A stretch of 63,043 nt of DNA, the filler included, from Reticulomyxa filosa (Eukaryota; Protista; Foraminifera), in NCBI GenBank assembly GCA_000512085.1. It is 17 parts of 17 records of this genome, joined end to end, with 100 filler letters (N's around TTAATTAATTAA, not from the genome) between each part and the next. Parts side by side here need not be neighbours in the genome. Positions count along the whole stretch, not along the records: positions 50,448 to 52,733 come from ASPP01022429.1; positions 52,834 to 56,185 come from ASPP01001204.1; positions 56,286 to 63,043 come from ASPP01013075.1; 14 more parts are not named here. One strand, given 5' to 3'. Position numbers and translations under genes: made by a program. The notes under the pieces were generated by a model, which ran no database searches, was not told the DNA's origin, and worked only from the letters and a program-made list of their open reading frames with translations. Shown here one piece after another: positions 50,348 through 63,043 of the stretch; the first letter of the stretch is position 1; every line of letters begins with the position of its first letter.

Positions 50348-52833
50348 NNNNNNNNNNNNNNNNNNNNNNNNNNNNNNNNNNNNNNNNNNNNTTAATTAAT
50401 TAANNNNNNNNNNNNNNNNNNNNNNNNNNNNNNNNNNNNNNNNNNNNTATAAGAAAAAAAAAGAAAAATATAAGAAAAAAAAGAAAAAAAAGAAAAAAAA
50501 GTTGCGGTCCTGACAGTTAATTATCTTTTTTTCATTTATCTTTATTTAAAATATAAAAAATGTTTGAATGATGTATAGAAACGATTTGAACACATTAATG
50601 TTCCCGCAAACGCTCAAACTTAAATGGATTTTTCGTGCCTTTTTGGAGCAAGTTGGTATTCAATTGGAGTTTGGAAATGGTTTGAAAAAAATACTTCAAT
50701 TTTGGCATCATTCATTGGATCAAATGGTCAAGTTAGTGATTGCTTTTTTTTGTTGATCAAATAAAAAAATCTCTTTTGTCATTTAATGGTGCTCAAAACG
50801 GTTTACATGTGTTTCTATCTGTCATACTATAGGCAACAAGACTGGAAGAATTTGATTGAATTGCATATCTGTTATCACGTTGTCAATGTTAAATGCATAC
50901 TTTATTTTTTTTCATTAAAAAAAAAGTTCTTTTTTTCTGTCTTTTCAAACACATGTACAAAGAATAGGATCGTAGAAGTTTTCGTCTTTGAAACTTGGAA
51001 ATTTGGTGGCAAGATCACGAGTCTTGGTCCAACATTTTGAGAAACTGCAATCACGAAGGAGAACTAATGGGAAACACGTGGAAGAATTCGCATTGATCGA
51101 TCTAGCCAAAGAAAAGCTTTAGTTCATATTGGCTATCAATTAGCAAAGGAAGCAGTTTGTAAATGTTTTATTTATGCATTGGATTTGCGATTAACCGGAT
51201 TATCTTTAATTTTGTGGTATTGTATATGAGAAAAAGACATAAAGTATTTGCTTATGTTTGTTTCAAATAATAATAACAATAACAACAAGGATACTTATAC
51301 AAATGTGTCCACTACTTAATGTAAATGAATAACAGGTGAAACAAGTTCAATCTATCGAAATGACAGAAATACCAGAAAGAAACTGTCATCCTGGATCTCC
51401 TAAATGTCGTGCAGGTGAACAAATTCTCGGAACCCTTTGCAGCCGATGAAGTGGACAACTAGTTAAAATAACATTTTTAAGTACATGAACAAATATTTCA
51501 CTAAACGTATAAAAAAAAAAAGGCTTCAACCGATGACACATGAACCAATTGAATTGCCCGAACGAATCTATCGCCTTTGATTAGATTTGCCAGCAAACGT
51601 GAGAAATTTTGACTTCGTATTGTGCTGGACTCTAAGATCGTGAAAGTAACCAACAAAGAGCCAACGATGGAGCAAAAATGCCAACATATTGAAATCAATC
51701 AATTCTCACGTAGAACGTGAATGACAATACTGCCAAGATCATCGACTCGTAAAAAACTAGACCACTCAAACCACAAATTCATTTACTCACTATACGTCAA
51801 TGTAAACAAAGACGACAAGGAATTCCTGACTTTGTATATATTTAGGAAAGTTCAACAGTTGCATTTGCATGGAATGATTTAAATTGTCCAAAAAAAAATA
51901 CTTGTGGAAGTTGCTGGAGCCAATCTTCTTTTTTTAAGACTCATACCATGACTGGAAATAATTAAATAAACGATCCACTTGTCAAACTCGATTCGAAAGG
52001 ATTCAGGCGTGTTACTTTCACAAAAATGACGGATTGAAACCTATCACAATGGAGAATAGAAAGATTATGTTACCAACCAGCACTACCAGCTGCAATCAAA
52101 TAAGAACAACACAAATTTGACATGCAATTGACGTCGAGAAAGAATATATACCAACCTGGCTTTATCAAAAATGAGTGCAATTGTATGTGCGATGGAAGAC
52201 GTCGTTTAATAAAAAAAAGTTTATATTCGTTATCGTGTCCAGTCAGCAAAAGTCATAACTCAGTGAAGAATTATACTCACAATCCCGACTTGAAACTTTT
52301 CTATCAGTTTGTATGCATTTGGAGATGTTTAATAAAGATCTTGTTCATGATGATTCGTTTGGGCAGAGTAGCTGTTTCGTTGGAAGAAGCAAAAATTAAA
52401 AAAAGTGAGGATGTACGATTGATCGATTGTTCAAGTTTAGTAGTGTATTTAGATGCTTGTTTTATTTCTTTTTTTTTTTAATACACTTTGATTGAATGAG
52501 TGTTTCATTGCACATTTCAAAATATGCGTAAAATGAGATTGACAGGTAACAAAGGTGATATTCATGTTCAAATGGTCGTGACAAAATCCAAGACAGAAAA
52601 CTATGATCACCAAATTCGAATTCGCGAAACTCATAAACACGCTCCAAAGTTGTTTGTTGGAAAAATAATTTCATGGACGAATCTATTTTGTGTTCATGGA
52701 CAACAATCGCTGTCTTTGATATCGATTGCAAGGNNNNNNNNNNNNNNNNNNNNNNNNNNNNNNNNNNNNNNNNNNNNTTAATTAATTAANNNNNNNNNNN
52801 NNNNNNNNNNNNNNNNNNNNNNNNNNNNNNNNN

Positions 52834-53775
52834 TGAAATATCTTGCAATTATTTGATATTTGAATACAATTTTCATTTACTATTCTTTATAAGATAGAAC
52901 ACACCTTTCAATGCTTGCATTCAATCAAATCAAACAAGTTTAATATATTTATCCAATCGTAGTCTTTATCTTGTGTCAAAAATTTTATGAATGCGTTGAA
53001 AATCTCCTATAATTGAATCTCCAAATGCTTTTATACATGATATACGAATATAACCACTCTTATCTTTTAATCCATTGATCATCACTCAAATATCTTTCAT
53101 TTAATTTTGTTATGAGATATCTAATAGATTTTTCTATTGTTATTTTTGAGTCCACTTGGAGATAGCATCGATTTGTATTTCACTTAATTTCATTGCAATT
53201 GTTTCAAGTAAATGTGATAAATGTTTTCCATCCAATTTTACTGCAATTGTTCTAAGTGAACGCGCATATTTTGTACGTATTGCCTAATTGCTCTTCTCTC
53301 TTATTTAAGTTCAATGCCATTTCTGCAAGTAATTTTGCACACTTAATGTGAATATCTTTATATTGTCACCAAGCCCATTCATTAACAATTCTAAATCATC
53401 CAATTGTTTTTCATTCAATTTCTCCAATATTTTAAAAATAAATATATAGGAAAATATCTGTTCCTAAAAACTCTGTTTGTATGACAATACTTAAAGTTCC
53501 TGTAGAAATACACAAATAATGTAATTTAATCGATGATATATGAATGGATACCTGGATGATGAAAAATATTTTGAAATTGAGTAAATGCGATTCTATCACT
53601 ATATTCAATGGCCTAATATCGTACGTAAATCTTTGATCAAAATGATCCAAGTAATAAGCAATGATTTGTTTTGTCTTGTCAAATGACAAAATAAACGCAA
53701 ATATAAACGTGTATGACTCAATAATTCCAAACTTGAATTCAACAAATCTGCTTGTTATTGGTGTGCATACCAAAA
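52834..53775 (-). pseudogene. Decayed copy of the HEAT-repeat family (paralog of the N-terminal part of 15400-19902)
   Basis: RPLNIVIESHLLNF matches RPLNKVMESHLPNF. YLCISTGTLSIV matches YLFISTENLDVV. EKLNEKQLDD and CAKLLAEMALNLN repeats are broken by stops and frameshifts. Confidence 0.85.
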
Positions 53776-54987
53776 AAATTCTGCCGATTCCAAAAAAAGT
53801 TTTTTTACAAACTTTTTACAATGAAAAAAAGAAATATCACAACAACAATCATTTTCATTCTTTTTTTTTCTTCAAAGAAATGATTGTATAATTTTCCCAA
53901 TAGAAATTGTGATGTTTTGTTATTCATTTTAAACAAATAAAAGTTTTTCTTTTTATCTATTTAGTTTTATTTTATTATCATTATTATCATATATCACATT
54001 CCTAAAATTTGCAATGACAGCAATTAATTATATGACTGCTTTTTATTTAATGAAAATAAATCAATAATAATTTGTTATTTTCCTAATATTTTAACATAGA
54101 ACACATTCACTAAGCCTTTTCTTATACAATATTTGATTAGACCATTTTTGAACTTTCTTTTCGGTGATATCGTCAAATAACGCAACGTAAAATATTTAGT
54201 GTATGTTAAAAGATATTAAATTCCAATAACATTTGGTTTGATTTTAAAAATCTTGACATAATTTAAAATTTCCATCCATCTTGTTTGTGAATGTGTTTAA
54301 TGATAAATTGATTGCTTTGAACAAAAAAAAAGAATCCATTTAACTCAAAACAAATTATTGAAAACACAACAAATTTGTCGTTAGGTAATCATACAATATA
54401 CTTTCAATTTCTTACCAGATATCTGATATGTTTACTTATATGCACAGAAAAGCAAATATAACATACAATTGAACTATACTTCCTTTTTTTTTTAAGAATT
54501 ACTGAAAAAGAATAAAATTATTGGATAGAATATGTTATAACAAGTAGTGTCAAGCACAATATTAATTTGGATACCTTCAAAAGTATCAGTGATAGAGAAA
54601 AAGATAAAAAATGATCAACAAAATTCCTGTAATTGATTTTCATAGTATAATCTGAAATATCTAAACTCTTTTTGATGTTATCATTTGTACACGAGATAAT
54701 TTACTTTTAATCCTTTTTTGTAATTGACTTTAAAACTTTCAAATCAAACAATTTAAAAGCTCTTCCCCTTTTTGCAAAAAAAACTAAACAAAAAAACAAA
54801 ACTATTTGAATAAGAATAAATACGTTACATTCTTTTTTGTGAAAGTATTAGAACATATTATCTTTTTTAATTTTAATAGTAAAAACAACTTTGAAATTGA
54901 TTCTGGAGTTTTTTTTTTGAACTGGGAAACAATTCCTCTACATTATCTAATTAAAAACCAAGAACTAAAAGAAAAAAGCTGAGTAAG

Positions 54988-55620
54988 ATGGAAGAAGAGA
55001 AAGGCAAAGGCAATGCGAAACTGAACTTGAAGTCAATTACTGAACAACAAACTTGTTTTGACAAAAATTGGATTTTATAATTGAATCAGCAGGAAGACAT
55101 TCACGATTTTATTTGTTTGCTGTGCAAACAAGTGGCCAACAACCCAATGGAAATTAATGTACTCAACATAAAAACATGGATGAATCATTGATCGTTGGAT
55201 AGAATTGCTTGAATCAATTCCTTAGTCAAAACACAAATCCTTGTCCAGTCGAACCTCATAACAACTGTTCATATTCTCAAGGTCGATTGGTAAAGCGATA
55301 CATTAATGAATTGGATGTTATATGTCCACGACAATTTCAACATGAACAAGAACAAGTACAATTACAAATGCCAACACAACGAGGACATGAAGAAGGAGAA
55401 ATACCTGTAATTGTTATTTTTGATTTTAAAGGAAAAGTGAAACAGATGATGATCATTTGGAACATTCTTGTTGTTTACAGATTGTTAAATGTTGGTTTAA
55501 TTCATTTGGATGCAATCACACATGTTTGAAATCTGCGATCAAATATTAAATTACCTGGTTATCAAATCATTTGATGCATTACAACAAACAATTCGACAAT
55601 ATCATTATTTATTCATCATT
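54988..55620 (+). pseudogene. Decayed RING-like + TRAF-type zinc-finger gene
   Basis: CFDKNWIL*LNQ...[16 protein letters not shown]...IVG*NCLNQFL...CPVEPHNNC...INELDVICP, then FKGK and CWFNSFGCNHTC (TRAF zinc-finger-like). Contains stops and frameshifts. Confidence 0.78.
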
Positions 55621-56285
55621 TTAACAAAAAAATATCATGTTCATTTTGAAAAAAAATAAAAATGTAAAAAATTAGTAAATTAAATTTAGAAAATGAAACA
55701 CTTAAATTGTATCAATTAAAAATATTTTTCAAATATTAACCACAGTTACAAATAATGATCTAAAAGCGAGAAGTTTCTCAAGATTAAATTGAGACCTCAT
55801 TTAAAGATTTACAAAGTTTTTTTGTTGGCACTTTCAAAGTGGTGTTTGTTTTTTGAAACATTTGATGGATTAGTAATGTGCGGAAACATCGACATAACAA
55901 AGACAAGAAGAAGAAAAAGTAAGAAAAAGAGCAAAAAAAGAAACAAAAAACAATTAGTGGCGACTTATTCTCTTTGAAAAAAAAAGCGATAAAATAGCAT
56001 CACAAAGCGAAAGAATCAAAGCCAATAGTGATAGTGTTGCATCAAGTAGCAATGTGTCAAATGAAAAAAATGTTGATATCCTTTATACAGTATATTGCAA
56101 AAAAACTGACATACCTAGATGGCATTATATGAAGAGAATCGATTTTCTCCATTGAAAATAAAGATTTAAACATAATTTTTTAAAANNNNNNNNNNNNNNN
56201 NNNNNNNNNNNNNNNNNNNNNNNNNNNNNTTAATTAATTAANNNNNNNNNNNNNNNNNNNNNNNNNNNNNNNNNNNNNNNNNNNN

Positions 56286-56569
56286 TTTTTTTTTTTTACC
56301 CCCCTTTTTTTTTTTTTTTTTTTTTTTTGCACTAATGACCGTCAATGGGGAAAAAAGAATAAATAAAAAAATCAACAGAGATTTACGGATCAGAATGGGG
56401 TGAGTTGAGCATGAATGTGTACGGATTTGACGTGATGAAAGGGAGTCAAGTTCGAATAGGCGACGGAAGTACATTGCATCTCCGTTGTCTTCACAACATG
56501 AGTTGCAATGGTCTGTCCATCTTCTATCCGTCCTCGAGGAACAGCAATTGGTGTAGTACGTACAATAAC

Positions 56570-56604
<35 letters not shown>

Positions 56605-58552
56605 TTCAAATGTCGTAGAATGCATTCAGCCGCGATCATGTGACAATGTAACAATGTATTATCCCTACTGTGGTTCCGTTCAAACCGTATGCTCGTCCCT
56701 TTCCAATTGTTCACCTCTCACTATTGTCGATTGTCTTCACAAAAACAACCAGTCCATTATGTTCCGTTTTTTTTTTTTCAAATCTTCACGCAATACTTGT
56801 GCATATACATATGATCATATAAATATATGTATGTATGTATGTATGTATATATGTTTATATAAATGACAAAATTGAAGAAGAAAAGAAGAGAGTAAGTACT
56901 GGATGCATGTAACAATGTCAATGGCAGCGACGAACAATAGCGACGACAATGCAAACAGGGTAGTGACATGGACGAAAGCGTTGAAGGATAGCTTTGGATA
57001 TTTTTTGGACTTGAACATGAAACAGGAGCAAAGAACAAGGATATGGGTCATTTGGACGATGTTGGAATGGAAACGAAAGGGATGAAGAAATGGAAGTGGT
57101 AGTGAATGTGATGGAAGGGGATAGCACTATGACAGCGGCAGACGTTAAAGTGTGGATCCACAATTACGGCAGAAATGATTCATACGCCATTCTCGACGTC
57201 GTCAATGTCACCACCAATCCTTTGTTTTTCGTGTTGACGCAGCAATTGCTGAGAGAAAGACTTCAAAATCACAACAGTTTGTGTGTGTGTGTGTGTTTGT
57301 TTTTTTTTTTCACGTAGCAAGAGCAAGAAGAGTATAGAATCTATGTATAATACATATATACTAAATATATAAAAGTGACATTGTCAATTAATTACTCGTC
57401 AATTAAATTCAGTAAAATGGCATCAAACAACGAGGAGACTCCATCTCGAAGCAGCCATTGGATAAGCCGCCAACAGTCGTTCGTAATATTATACACAATA
57501 TTTGGAGTGGTGTTAGGCGCCACGTTTTTGGCATTGAGCATCGGGATACTCCATTGGCTGGGCCATTGTCCGTGCTTGAATCGCTTCCGCCGTTGGGGCA
57601 TTAGTGTGGTCGACGACGTCAAATGGCATGGCATTGTCCTGTTCTTTGTCCAAGCCTGCGACTTGGCTTCCGACGTCATCTTCTCCAATGAACTCATTTA
57701 CACCGTCGCCAGTCGTCTGGTCATTTCACCCATTGATTTCTTTATCATCTTTGCGTGGATCCTTTCCATCTTATTGCCTTACTTTATCAACTTAGTTTAT
57801 TTTTTTTTTTTAAATTTAAACCATTTGTTGTTCAAATATTATATGTGTGTGTGTGTGTGTGTGGGTTTTTTTTTTTTTTTTTGGACTCGTCACAAATCAA
57901 GGTATTGGCCTTGCGCATTCGAGAAAAATTAGGCACCAAAAATCATACGTCGGCCTGGTTTAGAGACAATGCCGTCATTTTTACATTGCTGTCTTTATCA
58001 CTGGATCTGGTTTGTTTTTTTTTTTTGTATATATATATATATAAATGTATACATATATTGCATGTATATGTGCATGCAGCGATGTATGCTTGTGTGCATG
58101 TGCTCTTCAGTCTATTCGTCATTGGTGTTGGTGAGCTCGAGATTGTTCAATTCCCCTTTTTTTAATTGCACTTTGACTCGTATTGATTTACTCAATTTGA
58201 GGAACGTTCGTTTGGTGTATACTGTTTTGCTGGAGGTACGTATATGTGTATGTGCATGTGCTTCGATTTAAACCGCCTCTTCTTTTTCCCATGCCTCCGT
58301 CCCAAAAGAGAGGGAAAATCAATAAGCCGTATTGCACTTGTCACTGTTTTGAATCAATAGAATCTCCCACAATTGATATTGCAAATTGCTTTTGTGGCTC
58401 GTTACAGCAAGATCAATGCCATTGTGCTCTTGTCCTTCTTCTTTTCTTTCATCTCTTTGTGCATCAGCATTTACGCTTACTTTATGGAGAGACAATACAA
58501 AGGTTTCCTTTATTTGTTTTTTATTTACACAAGAATATAAATAAATATACAC

Positions 58553-58604
<52 letters not shown>

Positions 58605-59659
58605 TTATTTATTTATCTATTTATTTATTTATTTATTACTGTTTAAAAAGATGCTCATTTCAAAATTAGACAATAAAATATATATGCGTACAGGCCAAGA
58701 TGTGTACTTTATTTGACGGCCGAATTCCGTTTGGAAGAGATGGAGAAAGGACTAGGACAGGTGAAAAACCAATTGGGGCTGCGCCGCAAAATCGGGACTC
58801 ATATATCAGAGGCGTTGCATGTAAATTCGAATGAGCTGGAAGTGATGTTTTTGGTGATGAGTAACATCGGCTTCGAAATCCACGCTGTGCTGGTGTCGTC
58901 TGAACATTCCGTGCATTTTAGTGACGTCAAGTTGCTCTTTGAAGATCAAATGGAAAAGCAGAGCATACACAGAGCCATCGAAAGCGCATTTCAATTGAAG
59001 CAAGGCTCATTCTCTTTGGTCTTCCATTTGGGCGTTAAAAAACATTACGCCAGTGTCACCAGTGATCGCTTACAACAACTCTCCTCTTATCGTCTGAGCA
59101 ATGCCTCCATTGAAAAGCACAAACTCTCCGTTCCAAGCATTAGTGTTCAAGTTTCGTATTTTTTTTCAAAAAAAAAAAAAAAAAAAAAAAGGGGGCGAAA
59201 AATATGCAATTGACGTTCAATTCAATTTTAAAAAAAAAAAAATAGTTCCCTCCGTTCGAATTGCAGAAACAACTCGGAATACATGTACCACAAATCCACG
59301 AAAATTTGGAAATGACCCCGGTGGATGAGAAAGTCTCTCAGGGGATTCAACAGATAACGGAGAACCATGAACGTGAAGAGGATTCAAATAGACATCAAGA
59401 CATCGTTGGTCGTCTGGCGTCTTCCAGACAGTCTGATGTCGGAATTGAAATAGAATTGGAAACAGACAGCACAGTAAATGCCGTTGATAGTGAGGCACAC
59501 AAGGCAAAACAAAGGGAACGCTTCGCTTCTCGTTCGCGTTTGAGTAGGCGAATTGGAAGCGATTTAGGTTCATTCAGCAAACCCAATTTGGGCACACCTA
59601 TCCCTCTCGAGACTGTTACTCATGATAAAGGGAATACAGATAGCCAAGAGGAATTGTAA
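56286..59659 (+). CDS. Multi-exon membrane protein: Cys-rich ectodomain, XK-family-like multi-TM core, cytoplasmic tail (5' truncated)
   Basis: Cys-rich exon 56405-56760, TM FVILYTIFGVVLGATFLALSIGIL, FFVQACDLASDVIF, and spliced VLLE|NLPQLILQIAF...IVLLSFFFSFISL. DxxSD and ExxPQLxLQ are XK/Xkr-type motifs. Last exon ends at 59659. Confidence 0.65.
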
Positions 59660-60176
59660 TGTGCATTTTTTCTATTTTTTTTTTCTAAATAATATCCGTT
59701 GCTATGAATTTTGAGAAAATTGTGATAAAGAGTTTACAATTCACTCTTTTTTTTTTCTACAATAATAAAGAAGTATAAATTTTCTGACAAACACAAAATT
59801 CTTGACTATGGTGTTTTTCATCTTTTTTTTTGTTTGTTTAGTATGCGTTTTTTAAACTTTGTATTTGAAGATGTGGTGCTTTTGTGTTTCTCTTTCAAAT
59901 ACATTCTTTTTTATTTGTCAGATATCCCCTTTTTGTTCTTCAACTTGATTTTACATCCGGAGACAATTGTACAATGAAATTGCTTTTGGTGCAAACAAAA
60001 TTTAAAAAATATTTAAGAGACAAATTCAGAATCTTTTTCATTTTGCATCACTTTTATGCACACAGAACACAGTGAGCTTAAATTTCGACGTGTTTTCTAT
60101 TTGTGTAATGTTCGATTAGAAAATTAGATTTACCAGCAGTTAATTCGATAGGAAAAAAAAGATTGCCTTATTTACA

Positions 60177-61353
60177 TCATTCCCACAGTCGGATTGTTTT
60201 GTCAAAGGAAGATGACACAATTGTAGTACCATCTGGAGAAATATCTATTCCGTTTATTCCTTCCAAGTGCCCTTCTAGCCTTTGAATTTCCTTTCCTGAT
60301 TTCACATCCCATAATCGAATTGTTTTGTCCCACGAACATGAAACAATAAATTGATTGTCCGGTGCAAATTTTATATCTGTAACCCAAAGAGAATGCCCTT
60401 CAAATTTTTTCATTTCCATTCCTGATGCAACATTCCATATTCGGATTATATTATCTCTCGAACATGTAACAATAGTTTGTCCATCTGGAGAAAAATTGCG
60501 CCCTTAATACAATTGCAGGATGTCTTAGTTCACATATCTTTGCTCCTAATTTCACGTTCCATATAATAGCTCTTTTGTCGTCAGAAGATGAAACAATGCG
60601 TTGGCCATCTCGTGAAAATTGTACATCATTGACCACATCAGAATGGCCTTCCAATCTTTTCATCTCTTGTCCAGATAACACATCCCATATCCGGATTGTA
60701 TTTGCACATGAGGAAGACACAATACTACAACCATCTGGTGAAAATTGGGCTCTTGTTGCACCGATTGATTGCTTTTTTAGTTTTCGTACTTCTTTTTCTA
60801 ACTGTACATCCCATAACCGGATTGTTTTGTCCTGTGAACATAATACAATCATATTACCGTCTGGTGCAAATTGTGTGTCACTGATCCAATCCAGATGTGG
60901 CTTCAATGCTGAAATTTCTTTCTTCAATTCAACATTCCATATTCGAACAGTTTTATCCCATGCAGTTGAAATAATTTTCTTCCCATCCAATGAGAATTTT
61001 ACACTTGTAACATTACCGGAATGACCTTGAAGAACTTTTTGCAATTTAAAAAATTTGGCCTATTTGTATGTTCAAAAAAAAACCAAGCAAGCAAAAACGA
61101 GATTACTTTAAGTAAATCAAACATTACCAAACATATCGTGTAATGATTTTGTTGAAATCATCTATCCACCCCAATTCAATTGAAAATCGACGCAGCCAAC
61201 TTCCCACAATAATCGTCATTTCTTTTTTCGTCTATTTTTTAACGCGAGTTTTATCAATGCATATTTCCTCTAATATCAATATATTTCAAAAAATTTTTTT
61301 ACAAAATAGAGTACCAAATGTATTGAATTAATTTGTTGAGTTTCCTGTTTCAT
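60177..61353 (-). CDS. WD40-repeat protein with N-terminal 33-aa helical module
   Basis: Seven WD repeats (GHSGNVTSVKFSLDGKKIISTAWDKTVRIWN etc.). One frameshift in a homopolymer run near 60493. Module exon at 61231-61133; first exon is tentative. Confidence 0.88.
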
Positions 61354-62060
61354 TGCATTCATCCCGCCAAGAAGCTTACATTTTTCAAAATTACTATACA
61401 CATATTTTTCATTGGCATTTCCAATATCTTTATATAACAGGTATCTGTCGAAATTTAGATCGGAGTTGGATCTTTCGGTGTTATATCTTTTGCTTATTTG
61501 ACACCTTTCAAGTTGAAAATTTTTTATTTCAATGTTATTGTCATTTTTTTTAAATGAAAGGAGGATGTTTTACCTCGTATAATCCTTTCTTCTGTTTTTG
61601 GCTTCAAGAGTATTATACCATCGCATCGAGACCTCATTTAACTGTTCTTGGCAAATTGGGTAGCAATTTTCATTTTTTGATCTGTTTACCAAATTGAATT
61701 GCATAGTAGCAAAAAAGATATCAAAAAAATCAGAAACTTTTTTGCTGTTGTTATCCCCCCAAAATATTGGATTTTGATTGTTAGTGAATTGCTGCAGTAG
61801 AATGAAAGACGTTAGCCATTTTATATAAAAATCATAAGACATGTTGATACAAAATGTTTCACAGACGAAATTATTGTGCCATATTTTGTAATGATGCTTG
61901 CAAAAAACCAATTATGTAGAAGGGGAATGCCGACAGAAGCTAATTAAATTTCGATAATTTTACAAATTAAAATATTTTAATTGATCATCCTCTTTTCTTT
62001 TTCAATAATTGTATCAATCTTTTTTTTTTAATATTTTTCACAAAAATTGTTTTTTGTTCT

Positions 62061-62948
62061 TCACAGTAACACCCATGACCGGATTGTGTTGTCACTTGCA
62101 CATGACACAATTGTGCCACCGTCCGGTGAAATGTCAATCCCTGTTACTGCTGCAGAATGTCCTTGCAATACTTGGATTTCCACTCCAAATTGAAGGTCCC
62201 ACAAGCGAATAGTTTTATCATTAGAGCACGATACAAGCGTTTGACCACCTGGTAAACATTTCACACACTGTATTGTACCAGAGTGTCCTCTTAATTTTCG
62301 CACTTCTTTTTTCGACGTCGCATCCCATATTCGAATAGTCCCATCTTCGGAGCAAGACACGACAAAGAGATTACTTGGCAGAAATTGAGCGTATACTACT
62401 CCACTCGAATGTCCAACCAAAGCTTTCTTTTTTTCAGCTGATTTTACATCCCATATCCCAATCGTGTTATCTCGAGAAGACGACACAATTTGTTTACCAT
62501 CTGATGAAAATTGTACATTAGCTACATCACCAACATGTCCTTGCAGTACTTTTATTTCTTTCATATGGTCCACGTCCCATAATCGAATTGTACGATCACT
62601 TGAGCTTGAAACGATGATACTATCATCAGATGAAAATTGTGCACTTGTCACACTACCTAAGTGTCCTTCCAACGCTACAATCTCTTCTCCTGAGTTGATA
62701 TCCCATAATCGAATTGTTTTGAGATCGGAACAAGATACAATTGTATTACTATTGAATGAAAATTGTACATCATTTATCTTTTCTATACTTTTTTGCAACG
62801 CATGGGTTACTTTCTCCAATTTTATGTCCCAGATTTGGATTGTCCCATCACTAGATGCCGAAGCTATTTTAGAGCCATCTGGTGAAAATTTTACACAATT
62901 TACGCGATTTGAATATCGGAGTTCCTTTGTCGGTTTGAAATATGGCAT
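62061..62948 (-). CDS. WD40-repeat protein, tandem paralog of the adjacent gene; 5' exons probably beyond the window
   Basis: Seven WD repeats (GHLGSVTSAQFSSDDSIIVSSSSDRTIRLWD etc.). ATG 62948 directly follows an AG acceptor. Confidence 0.92.
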   Translation of the reverse strand: MPYFKPTKELRYSNRVNCVKFSPDGSKIASASSDGTIQIWDIKLEKVTHALQKSIEKINDVQFSFNSNTIVSCSDLKTIRLWDINSGEEIVALEGHLGSVTSAQFSSDDSIIVSSSSDRTIRLWDVDHMKEIKVLQGHVGDVANVQFSSDGKQIVSSSRDNTIGIWDVKSAEKKKALVGHSSGVVYAQFLPSNLFVVSCSEDGTIRIWDATSKKEVRKLRGHSGTIQCVKCLPGGQTLVSCSNDKTIRLWDLQFGVEIQVLQGHSAAVTGIDISPDGGTIVSCASDNTIRSWVLL

Positions 62949-63043
62949 CTATTTTGAATTTAGCTTTGGAATATTTAAAATGTAATGCAAAAACAAAACT
63001 CAACCAAAAAGAAAAAAAAAAAAAAAAAAGACCATAATAAATC

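Noticed and set aside
60480-60500. WD40 frameshift as programmed frameshifting or a definite pseudogene
   Set aside because: It is a single extra base in a homopolymer, in an assembly with other homopolymer errors.

Overview
This is AT-rich, intron-bearing eukaryotic DNA, and it is not one locus. It consists of 17 unrelated short contigs joined by an artificial 100-nt linker (44 N + TTAATTAATTAA + 44 N), so gene neighbourhoods across linkers mean nothing. The gene families and intron style resemble a foraminiferan/rhizarian protist (Reticulomyxa-like); this is an inference, not checked. Two kinds of DNA alternate. The first is mostly spliced housekeeping or signalling genes: a UBX protein, nitronate monooxygenase, a PH-domain protein, an FCP1/SCP-like phosphatase, VPS4, HSP90, a GT10 fucosyltransferase, an EVH1 protein, a 2OG-Fe(II) oxygenase, a CAP-Gly protein, an intronless CDPK and an XK-like membrane protein. 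The second is very AT-rich, intron-poor paralogous families and their decayed copies: HEAT-ankyrin giant proteins, Kelch, WD40, RING/TRAF and caspase-like genes, plus a near full-length degenerate LINE. Three leads stand out: (a) a 33-aa module on its own phase-0 exon, C-terminal in a Kelch protein and N-terminal in a WD40 protein, behaving like an unnamed F-box/SOCS-box-type adaptor; (b) a CE-clan-like His-Asp/Asn-Gln-Cys protease signature at the C-terminus of the 1500-aa HEAT-ankyrin protein; (c) a G-alpha-like pseudo-GTPase and a PB1-like/caspase-like pseudoenzyme. Homopolymer sequencing errors are evident, so frameshifts in runs are not proof of pseudogenes. Exon boundaries were read by eye and are approximate.
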